A stretch of DNA of 63,663 bases, the filler included, from Actinomycetota bacterium (lineage in GTDB: Bacteria > Actinomycetota > Actinomycetes > JAKEEW01), in assembly GCA_046725875.1 (NCBI GenBank). It is 8 parts of 8 records of this genome, joined end to end, with 100 filler letters (N's around TTAATTAATTAA, not from the genome) between each part and the next. Parts side by side here need not be neighbours in the genome. Positions count along the whole stretch, not along the records: positions 1 to 7,102 come from JBKOZJ010000029.1; positions 7,203 to 15,930 come from JBKOZJ010000031.1; 6 more parts are not named here. The stretch is one strand, 5' to 3'. The translations under genes were made by a program, and so were the position numbers. Positions 1-8,513 of the stretch are shown here, one piece after another; the first letter of the stretch is position 1, and each line of letters starts with the position of its first letter. The notes under the pieces were generated by a model. The model searched no databases, was not told the DNA's origin, and saw only the letters and a list, made by a program, of their open reading frames with translations.

Positions 1-127
1 GTTCCTCCTGGATATCGACCAGCGCGACGTGTGCGCCGTCGGCCGCCAGCAGACGTGCCGCAGCCTCACCGATCCCAGAGGAACCACCAGTTACGAAAGC
101 CACCTTCCCGTCGAACTTTCCGGGCAT
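1..127 (-). CDS. Short-chain dehydrogenase/reductase (SDR), N-terminal part, runs off window start
   Basis: Manual translation MPGKFDGKVAFVTGGSSGIGEAAARLLAADGAHVALVDIQEE has the TGxxxGIG motif; AAAGG RBS upstream. Not in the ORF track. Confidence 0.9.
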   Translation of the reverse strand, partial: MPGKFDGKVAFVTGGSSGIGEAAARLLAADGAHVALVDIQEE

Positions 128-618
128 GTAGTCCGCCTTTCATACGGAGTAGGAGGTGGATCGCTCTTTTCGCAAGAGCACAGAGTCCCTGGGATTCACT
201 GCACTCCACGCTGTAGCACTTGCTTGGTGGCGTTGACCATCTCCGACAGACGCGGCGCACAACAGGTCTGCGCCGCGACCGAAGCCGGAGACGTCCATAT
301 CCAATCCCCTGACGATGAGCACGGCGAGTGGTCATTCAGGTTGGAAAACCCACTTGAGTCCGTCATCCGGTATGGCGAGCATGTCCCGAGTCGCGTGGAA
401 CCTAGGTGCCGATCCACGGTGAACTCTAGGCGGCAGCGCCGACAGTTTCGGTGTCGGTGAGCTCGGGATAGGCGGATCGGCCCGGCGGGGGTCGGCGTTC
501 CCTTCCACGATTACAAGCCACGCGCCTTCAGTGACGACCACCATCTGGCAGCCCGGAAAGGGGCTTTACGGATGGCGCGAGGGAGGATTGGCGGCGTGCG
601 ATCAAAGGCGACGGGGCA

Positions 619-1413
619 GTGCTGGGCATCGGTAGCTTGAGCCCGCGCCGGCGCATGCTATTCGTAGCCTGTCTCGCCGTCGTGGCAGCCATCGGTGGCG
701 GCTTGGTGGTCGGCACGGTCCATCGTGGTGCCCCGAACCTAGCCGACCGTGGTGTCCCGAGCCAAAGCGTCGCAGGTCCCGTTTTCCTGGTTCCGGGTTA
801 CGGCGGTGAGACTGGAGCGTTGACGCAGATGGCTTCCGGACTCCGGGCGACAGGTCGCCCCGTGACGGTCGTCCGACTGCCCGAAGGCGGCGTCGGCGAC
901 CTCGCCGGTCAGGCGGCCACGCTCGACCGCTACGTGTCCGATGCCCTTCGGCACGGGGCACCGTCCGTAGACCTGGTTGGCTACTCCGCCGGTGGCATCG
1001 TCGCGCGGCTGTGGGCGCAGCAGGAGGACGGTGCCCACAAGGCGCGCCGGATCATCACCATCGGCTCGCCACACCATGGCACCACGCTCGCGGCGGCCGG
1101 TGTGACGGCGCTGCCCGGCGCGTGCCCCCTCGCGTGTCAGCAACTTGTCCCTGGAAGCAGGCTGCTGTCCGGCCTCATGAGGCCGGTGGCGAACCCGCCG
1201 GCCTGGCTGTCCGTGTGGACCGAGCAGGACCAAACCGTCACGCCGCCGGACTCGGCGCGGCTCGAGGGCGCGATCAGCATCTCCGTCCAGTCGCTCTGCC
1301 CGTCGGTTCGGCTCGCCCACTCGCAGCTGCCGACCAGCCCGGTCGTGCTCCAGATCGTCCAGGAGGCGCTCGGCTCGGGCCCGCTCACACCGCCAACAGG
1401 CAACGTCTGCTAG
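619..1413 (+). CDS. Secreted or membrane-anchored lipase-like alpha/beta hydrolase
   Basis: N-terminal hydrophobic segment, LVPGYG oxyanion motif, GYSAGG nucleophile elbow, GSPHHG, DQTV, AHSQL. Start could be ATG 655. Confidence 0.85.
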   Translation: MLGIGSLSPRRRMLFVACLAVVAAIGGGLVVGTVHRGAPNLADRGVPSQSVAGPVFLVPGYGGETGALTQMASGLRATGRPVTVVRLPEGGVGDLAGQAATLDRYVSDALRHGAPSVDLVGYSAGGIVARLWAQQEDGAHKARRIITIGSPHHGTTLAAAGVTALPGACPLACQQLVPGSRLLSGLMRPVANPPAWLSVWTEQDQTVTPPDSARLEGAISISVQSLCPSVRLAHSQLPTSPVVLQIVQEALGSGPLTPPTGNVC

Positions 1414-1424
1414 CGGCCCTCGTC

Positions 1425-1507
1425 GGTAGAAGGGACCTTCCTCCAATCCTGTTTGGGGCAAGAGCGCTCCCTACTGGCGCCGGTTTGGAGCAAGGGCACC
1501 TTCTACC
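1425..1507. repeat. REP-like imperfect palindrome (GGTAGAAGGGACC family)
   Basis: GGTAGAAGGGACCTTCCTCCAA (1425-1446) and TTGGAGCAAGGGCACCTTCTACC (1485-1507) are near-inverted; related copies at 46508 and 58192. Confidence 0.7.
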
Positions 1508-1569
1508 CAACGCAAGTTTGAGCGCGTGCGCGCCTCGGGCGAGGCAGGAGGCGCCGGCTGACGCCCGAT

Positions 1570-2382
1570 TCAGGTTGTCACGTCCTTGGTCGCGAAGTTT
1601 GCCCAGGAGGCGGCGAGGAAGACCGCCACGTAGACGCCTTGCAGCGCGAGACCGCGTTCGATGTCCCGCCAGAGGATCGGATCCCGGAAGAAGTCGATCC
1701 AGGCCAGCCAGTAGCGGGTCGGCAGGTAAGGCTGGACCGCCGCGGCCGCGTCGAGGGTGACGAGGGCGGTGCTCGTGACCAAGGCAGCCAGCGCCCCGAG
1801 CGCGGCACCCAGCGATGAGTCCGTGATCGTTGACAGGAAGAGCGCGATCGCGGCGACGCCGAGCATCGAGACTGCGACATACACCAGGGCGGCCAATGTA
1901 CGCAGGAGTAGCTCGGCCGGGGTCAAGGAGACGCCCGAGACGGTCGTGACCGACGTTCCCGGCTGCGCCTCGAACAGCGAGATACCGATGACGTAGGCCG
2001 TCACGGCGACCGACACCACAGCGAGGAAGACGTACACGACGATCGTGACCAGCTTGGCGACGAGGAGCCTGGTGCGGCCGACAGGTCGGGCCAGGAGGTA
2101 GCGCAGCATGCCGCTCGATGCCTCGCCGGCGACCGAGTCGCCCGCGACCACGGCGACGGCCACCGGCAGGAAGATGGGCAGGACGATCGCGAGTGCGGCG
2201 GCCGGGAAGAGCGAGCCGTTGGCGAGGACCGCGGCGAGGAAGGTCGGCTCCTCCCCAGGGGCCGGGCCGACCTTGGTCACGGCCAGGAAGATCGCGACGG
2301 TGGCCGGCAGGGCGCATAGCAGGAACAGGCTCACCCAGGTGCGCGGGCGGCGGCACAGCTTGACCAGCTCCACCGTGATCAC
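1570..2382 (-). CDS. ABC transporter permease (ABC-2 type)
   Basis: Multiple TM segments, motif AGEASSGMLRYLLARPVGR; GTGA overlap with the ATPase gene. Confidence 0.9.
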   Translation of the reverse strand: MITVELVKLCRRPRTWVSLFLLCALPATVAIFLAVTKVGPAPGEEPTFLAAVLANGSLFPAAALAIVLPIFLPVAVAVVAGDSVAGEASSGMLRYLLARPVGRTRLLVAKLVTIVVYVFLAVVSVAVTAYVIGISLFEAQPGTSVTTVSGVSLTPAELLLRTLAALVYVAVSMLGVAAIALFLSTITDSSLGAALGALAALVTSTALVTLDAAAAVQPYLPTRYWLAWIDFFRDPILWRDIERGLALQGVYVAVFLAASWANFATKDVTT

Positions 2383-3350
2383 GTCGCGTCCTCCGAGCCG
2401 GTCGCACTGACGATGTCGCTGGACGTGCCAGGCATCCGATCGGACCCGGGAGTTGTCACCTCGAGCACCACGTCCTCGAGCGACCGGCGCTCCGCCGCGA
2501 TCTCGGTCACTCTTAGCCCGGCGGCCACCAGCCGGGTGTTGAGCTCGGCCGGATCGACCTGGCCCACCACCAGCCGATCTCCGGACCGTGACACGATTCG
2601 CCCGTCGAGAAGCGCGGCTGCCCGATCAGCATCCAGGGTGCGCACGATCGTCCGACCGGTGGGTGCTCTGAGGCTTGCTACCGACTCCTGCAGCACGAGC
2701 CGGCCGCGGTCGATCACGCCGACCCTCGTACACAACTGCTCGACCTCGGCGAGGAGGTGGCTGGATAGGAACAACGTCGTGCCGGCGGCGTTCAGCTCGT
2801 GCAACAAATTCCGCACTTCGCGGATCCCTTGTGGGTCGAGGCCGTTGGTTGGCTCGTCCAGGATCAGCACACGCGGCGAGCGCAGCAGCGCGGCCGCGAG
2901 GCCAAGCCGCTGGCGCATGCCGAGGGAGTACGCCTTCACGGGGCGGTTGTCCAACCCGCCCAGACCGACACGATCGAGTGCCTCGTCAATGCGGGCGCGG
3001 CGCTCACGGCGACCGCTGCCGGATGCGCCCTGCGGGCCGGCGCGGTCGAGCAGGGCGAGGTTGGTCCGGCCAGACAGGTGGGGGTATGCCGCCGGTCCCT
3101 CGACCAGCGAGCCCACCTCCGCGAGGGCCCTCGTGACCTGGCGCGGCACCGGTGCGCCAAGCAGTTCGATCTCGCCGCTCGTCGCGTACACGAGACCCAG
3201 GACGAGCCGCAGCAAGGTCGTCTTGCCTGACCCGTTCGGGCCTAGCAGCCCGTAGCGGTCGCCCTCGTTGACGTCAAGATCAACCGAGTTGACCGCGAGG
3301 ATCCGGCCGAAGCGCTTGGTCAGGCCCCGTGTCCTGATCACCTCGGTCAT
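2379..3350 (-). CDS. ABC transporter ATP-binding protein
   Basis: Start MTEVIRT at 3350; Walker A GPNGSGKT, YSLGMRQR signature, Walker B LILDEPT, SSH switch. Confidence 0.95.
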   Translation of the reverse strand: MTEVIRTRGLTKRFGRILAVNSVDLDVNEGDRYGLLGPNGSGKTTLLRLVLGLVYATSGEIELLGAPVPRQVTRALAEVGSLVEGPAAYPHLSGRTNLALLDRAGPQGASGSGRRERRARIDEALDRVGLGGLDNRPVKAYSLGMRQRLGLAAALLRSPRVLILDEPTNGLDPQGIREVRNLLHELNAAGTTLFLSSHLLAEVEQLCTRVGVIDRGRLVLQESVASLRAPTGRTIVRTLDADRAAALLDGRIVSRSGDRLVVGQVDPAELNTRLVAAGLRVTEIAAERRSLEDVVLEVTTPGSDRMPGTSSDIVSATGSEDAT

Positions 3351-4492
3351 CGGAATGCCTCGGCACTCAATGCACTGCGGGGTTGCAGCAGCTCTGCGCC
3401 GGCGGCACGGAGCAGGTCGGGTGCGACGAACCCGGCGAGGAGGAAGGCCTGCCGCTCCGGCTGCTCCCCCACCCAGGCGACCAGACAGGTGAGGATCGAG
3501 GTGCGCATCTCCAGCCCCTGTCCAAGCTGGAACTCCACGGGTACCGCGTTGGCGCGTTCTGCGGCTTCGATCGCCCGGCCACCGAGCCGTCCCGGCAGCG
3601 GTAGGGCGACGAAGGTGGAGAGGCCGGTCCCGTAGGTGCCCACGCCGGCGATGGGGCTCGCCGTGCCGGCCCGGGTGCGCCCGGCAAGCCACGGCGGGAG
3701 TGGAAGGGTCGCGATGGAGTTGAGCGCGGCGGCCATGTCGGGCGCGTCGGTGCTCGCAACCGCTGCGGTGGGGGGATGCCGTGGCGTTATGACCTCGCGC
3801 GTGGGCGGCTCCTGACGAAGGTCGAGGAAGTGGGTCGTGAACACCGGCCTGGCCGCGCCCCGGCCGCCGACCTCGACCTGAAGTGGCAGACCTGTCTTCG
3901 CGTCGGCCCATATGTCAACCCGGGCAATGGTCGACGCGCTGTCCTGCGGAGCAACCCGGAAGCCCGCGGCGGTCGTGCCCGCGATGCGGCGCGCGGGCAG
4001 GAGGCTGACCGGGTCGCTGCGCGCGGCGGACAGCAGCCGGCGGGCGAGCTCTGGCGGCGTGAGGTCGGCCGCCCAGGGCAGCCGGATCGGCAGCTCGCCG
4101 ACGATGCCAGTCAGCAGGTTCCGCTCGTAGTCCCAGATGAAGGTGCCGTCCTTGGTCTGGTAGGTGTCCTGCTCCCCAGTCGGCGTGAGTACGGCCACCC
4201 GCCAGGCGTTCGGGCCGGTGTACCAGGTGCGGATCCTGGTCGTCCCGCCGAGCAGCTTCGTGACGTCCCCGATCTGGGGGAGGTCGGGCAGGTCGAAATG
4301 TCCGGTGCTCTCGACGTACCCCTGGTAAGGCCGGAGCTGCGACGCCGCCACCAGGTCTCGCAGGATCGCTGGGTCAATGCCGGGATCGGTCACCGGCCAT
4401 GCGCTGACCACGACCGGCGATAGGCACAGGAAAGCCACGCCGACGGCGACCAGCGACCAACGGCGCTGCGCGTCGCGGCGTACGACACTCAC
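3347..4492 (-). CDS. Secreted LolA-like protein associated with the ABC transporter
   Basis: N-terminal TM/signal; 'IAGTTAAGFRVAP..STIARVDIWADAKTGLPLQVEV' resembles actinobacterial LolA-like proteins; ATGA overlap with the ATPase. Confidence 0.65.
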   Translation of the reverse strand: MSVVRRDAQRRWSLVAVGVAFLCLSPVVVSAWPVTDPGIDPAILRDLVAASQLRPYQGYVESTGHFDLPDLPQIGDVTKLLGGTTRIRTWYTGPNAWRVAVLTPTGEQDTYQTKDGTFIWDYERNLLTGIVGELPIRLPWAADLTPPELARRLLSAARSDPVSLLPARRIAGTTAAGFRVAPQDSASTIARVDIWADAKTGLPLQVEVGGRGAARPVFTTHFLDLRQEPPTREVITPRHPPTAAVASTDAPDMAAALNSIATLPLPPWLAGRTRAGTASPIAGVGTYGTGLSTFVALPLPGRLGGRAIEAAERANAVPVEFQLGQGLEMRTSILTCLVAWVGEQPERQAFLLAGFVAPDLLRAAGAELLQPRSALSAEAFR

Positions 4493-4877
4493 GCAACCCA
4501 CGGTATGGCGGCTCCTGACATGATCTGCACCGTTAGCGTCTTCTCGACCATTTCGTAAGAATCTGCGGTCAATGCCAACCCGGCGGTACCGTCCGGATCG
4601 TGACGGATCCGGGCCGTGGAGCTCGTGAATGCGGTACGGGATGGCCTTCGGAGCGCCACCGAGCCGACCCGGCTGCGCGTCCCTGCCGCTGGCACCCGGG
4701 CATCACTGCGGCGAACCTCGCCGACCAGCCGGGCCGCCGCATCCGCGTACGTGGCGGAGGCGGGGCTGGACGTGTGTCGGTCCGGGCACTCCGGCGGCGC
4801 CTGCGTCGTTAGACCGCTCGCCAGACGGCAGAGTCGATGCGCCGGGGCGACGGGGGAACCCGGACCGGAGGTCCCAG

Positions 4878-5069
4878 ATGTCAAGAGGCACCAAGTATGT
4901 GATCGGCGGCGTTGGGATCACGCTGATTGCGCTGTGGCTGCTCCCCGGCTGGCTGGTTGTGCTGATCATCGTGGCGCTCGTAGCTCTGCCGGTCGCCGCC
5001 TATCTGATGCTCGACCCGTCGCAACGGCGCCGGCTCCGGCGGGCGGGCCGCAAGCAGATCGGCCGCTGA
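4878..5069 (+). CDS. Small membrane protein (63 aa)
   Basis: GGAGG RBS; MSRGTKYVIGG...AAYLMLDPSQRRRLRRAGRKQIGR, long hydrophobic stretch with a basic tail. Confidence 0.8.
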   Translation: MSRGTKYVIGGVGITLIALWLLPGWLVVLIIVALVALPVAAYLMLDPSQRRRLRRAGRKQIGR

Positions 5070-5081
5070 CCGACCCGGCCG

Positions 5082-5167
5082 GCTGACGGCCGAGTCCGCT
5101 GACGTCCGAGTCCGCTGACGTCCGAGTCCGCTGACGTCCGAGTCCGCTGACGTCCGAGTCCGCTGAC
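5082..5167. repeat. 16-bp tandem repeat CCGAGTCCGCTGACGT, about 5 copies
   Basis: Perfect units at 5090, 5106, 5122 and 5138; 14-nt partial unit at 5154; partial unit at 5082. Confidence 0.95.
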
Positions 5168-5315
5168 CGGCGGATGCACCGCGGCTAACCGGCCGCGTCG
5201 CAGGCCAGTCCAGCACCTGCTCGTCGACGTCCGCCCTGCTGGTGAGCCCAGAAAGTCACTTCGCCGAGCCGGTTTCCGGCCGTCCTCGCCACCCTGCGCT
5301 ATCCGGTGGGCTGGC

Positions 5316-5855
5316 TTACGGGTTTGAGTTGGCGCGATCGAGGAGCCGCTGTGCGTCCTTCCAGGATCGGATGCGCACGAACGTCAGGTGGCGCCACGCT
5401 GGATCCGTCGCGGCGGCTGCGTACCGGGCCTGGTAGACCGCGTGACGCTGCCAAGCCCACACGATGATTGACTGGTCGGGGTCGCGGCGGAACAGGTTGC
5501 GCCATCGTTCCCGGTTGCCGTTCCACAGGTCGGCTCGGAGCGCGGTCCGGTGGAGGGTGCGCCAGATGACCTGGCGCATGACGGTGCGCCGGGGCAGGTC
5601 GAGCCACACGACTGTATCCGCCCGCGCCCATACAAGGTCTCGAACAGCAGAGTAGTTGCCGTCCACCACCCAGCCACCGGCGGCGGTCGCGGCGTCCACG
5701 CGCGCCCGGAAGTCCACAGCTGGTAGGGGCTGCCATCCGGGCTGGTGGAAGATCGCGTCGAGTTCGATGTGCGGGACGCCGAGTCCGGTGGCCAGTGCGC
5801 GGGCCAGGGTCGACTTACCCGAACCCGAGTTGCCGACCACCGATACCCGCAGCAC
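5316..5855 (-). CDS. Adenylate-kinase-like P-loop protein (FlaR/topology-modulation type)
   Basis: VVGNSGSGKSTLA, IELDAIFHQPGW, WVVDGNY, ADTVVWLDLP. Confidence 0.85.
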   Translation of the reverse strand: MLRVSVVGNSGSGKSTLARALATGLGVPHIELDAIFHQPGWQPLPAVDFRARVDAATAAGGWVVDGNYSAVRDLVWARADTVVWLDLPRRTVMRQVIWRTLHRTALRADLWNGNRERWRNLFRRDPDQSIIVWAWQRHAVYQARYAAAATDPAWRHLTFVRIRSWKDAQRLLDRANSNP

Positions 5856-6009
5856 AGCGAGTCACGGTAGCCGACAGGGCCTCGACTGCCGCAACTTCGG
5901 CCACGGATGCCGATCCAGTGCGATGCACGCTGCCTGTCACCGCCTGGGCAACGGTTCGACGACCGCACCCTCGCCGGGAAGGCCGGTCACGATCTTCCCG
6001 ATCACCGAA

Positions 6010-6680
<671 letters not shown>

Positions 6681-6739
6681 CTGTCGGCCGCTCCTGATCA
6701 CGATCGCGCTGATCGTTCTTCCTCCGCCACGACGACCAC

Positions 6740-7102
6740 TGGCTGTGAGAGTCCGGCATTTGTGTCCCTCTCGTCTCCGCGGACCGGGACGAGTGGACGC
6801 GCGTGCAGTCGAGACGGCATCGCATCGCAGCGACGGCGCCGCTGCGCCTCCCAGCCCCAGGCTCCCGGCTCCCCGGACGAGTAACCGTGACCAGCATCCC
6901 CAACTCCGCCCAGCCTGCCCACGGCGACTCCGATGGGGAGATGGTCCTCGGGGTGGACACACACGCTGATGAGCAGGTCGCGGCGGTGTCCGCGGTGCGC
7001 GGCGTGGTGGCCACCGCGTCGTGCGTCGCCACCCCGGCCGGCTATCGGGCGCAGCTGGTGTGGGCGCGCGGCCACGGGCCGGTGCGCCGGCCGGGGTGGC
7101 GG
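6740..7102 (+). mobile_element. IS110-family element, non-coding end plus degenerate transposase N-terminus (CDS from GTG 6887), cut by contig end
   Basis: VLGVDTHADEQVAAV..TPAGYRAQLVWARGHG matches the IS110 DEDD N-terminus; strong hairpin at 6764-6798. Left boundary approximate. Confidence 0.75.
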
Positions 7103-7202
7103 NNNNNNNNNNNNNNNNNNNNNNNNNNNNNNNNNNNNNNNNNNNNTTAATTAATTAANNNNNNNNNNNNNNNNNNNNNNNNNNNNNNNNNNNNNNNNNN
7201 NN
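7103..7202. other. Artificial contig spacer (N44-TTAATTAATTAA-N44); identical spacers at 15931-16030, 23679-23778, 31218-31317, 48592-48691, 55696-55795, 58403-58502
   Basis: Same 100-bp structure seven times with a six-frame stop linker; genes are cut at these positions. Confidence 0.99.
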
Positions 7203-7273
7203 CTTCCGTCCGGCACGAGCGCCGGCCCGGCCACGTCGAACCACAGTCGTGTCCCGTTCACGTCGATGTGCAT
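7203..7273 (-). CDS. Alpha/beta hydrolase N-terminus (partial)
   Basis: GGAGG RBS then MHIDVNGTRLWFDVAGPALVPDG, cut by contig end. Confidence 0.7.
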
Positions 7274-7442
7274 CGTGCTGTTCCTCCAGTCATCCCGGCC
7301 CTGGCCGCCGACGTACCCGATTCGGCGGCTGGCGTCTGAACGCGTTCATCGCTGCGCCCGCTGATCGTGGAGCCCAGCAGAGCGACGGTGACTCCTGTCC
7401 GCCCATTGGGCCGGCCGGCTCGCCCCGTGGAACCCGACCCGC

Positions 7443-7482
7443 CTTCGGCAGGCTTTCGGGCAGGCTTCGGGCAGGCTTCGGG
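7443..7482. repeat. Imperfect 11-bp tandem repeat CTTCGGGCAGG, about 3.5 copies
   Basis: cttcggcagg-ctttcgggcagg-cttcgggcagg-cttcggg. Confidence 0.8.
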
Positions 7483-7529
7483 TCACTGCGGGTCGTCCGC
7501 GCAGTCTGTTCGGTGTCGTCCTGTGGGCA

Positions 7530-8350
7530 TCAGGCGCGGACGCGTCGGGTCAGTTCGGCCAGTTCGTGGTTGAAGCGGTCGGGCAGGTCGCCAGGACGTG
7601 CTCGGCCATCGCCGGTAGCACGACCGTGTCCGCGCGGCCGTGGGAGACCAGCAGCGGCACCTCGAGAGCACGCAGCACGTCGTCGCCGTCGATCTCGCGT
7701 GCCCCGAGATTGGCCCGGATATGCGCCGGCACGGTCATGCTGGAGCACAGCAGTGTCTCGACGTCGTCGGGCGGCAGCGGCTTGGCCGAGAAGGCCCGGA
7801 CCATCCCGCGCATGGCCCGGATGTTGCTCGGCAGGTCGTCGGCGGTCGCATCGGGGAAATGGTCGACAAAGCCGGGGCCGATCAGGGTGCCGAACGCGGC
7901 CCCACCCAATGTGGTGACGCCTCCGACGAAGTCGATCGCCGCGATCCGGTCCTGGTCGTGTGCGCGCACGTAGTCGCAAATGATGAAGCCGCCGTAGGAC
8001 CAGCCGACCAGCACCGGCCGGTCCAGGCGCAGTTGGTCAATGATGGCTGCCACGTCGTCGGCCCACAGCCTGCCGTCGGTGTAGTGCTCGAGCTCAAGGG
8101 GCGCCTCGGACATGCCGTGGCCACGCAGATCGTAGGCCACGAGCCGGAAGTCGTCGGCCAGTCCGCTGTCGTACTGGTGGCGCCAGCACAGATGGTTCTG
8201 CGACAGGCCATGGATGAACAGGATGGGCGGCCCGTCGGTGTTGCCCCATTCGCGTGCATGCAGCCGCAGACCGCCGCCACCGTAGACCGTGTGAGTCTTC
8301 ATCAACCGGGTCGGCTCTAGCGCCGCCGCGGGCCGTTCGACGACTGTCAT
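7530..8350 (-). pseudogene. Alpha/beta hydrolase (non-heme haloperoxidase-like) with C-terminal deletion and frameshift
   Basis: FIHGLS, YDLRGHGMS, GWSYGG, HGRADTVV present; catalytic-His segment absent; terminal helix PDRFNHELAELTRRVRA is in another frame. Confidence 0.8.
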
Positions 8351-8513
8351 CTCTTCCCCCTCGCGTTGGTATGTCGACACGATCGTGGCGTGGGCGGGGC
8401 ATCGGGGCATCGGGCGGAGAGCCTTATGTGTGGCCGGCAGCCGGCTTATCTTGTGGCCGGGCGTGCTTACCCGGCACCTTCTCGGCCGGTGGGGACGGCG
8501 CGATACTGCCTGG

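Noticed and set aside
29..460. 143-aa + strand ORF
   Set aside because: Overlaps the SDR start antisense and has no recognisable motif.
5082..5167. Possible CRISPR array
   Set aside because: Head-to-tail units with no spacers; no cas genes in the window.
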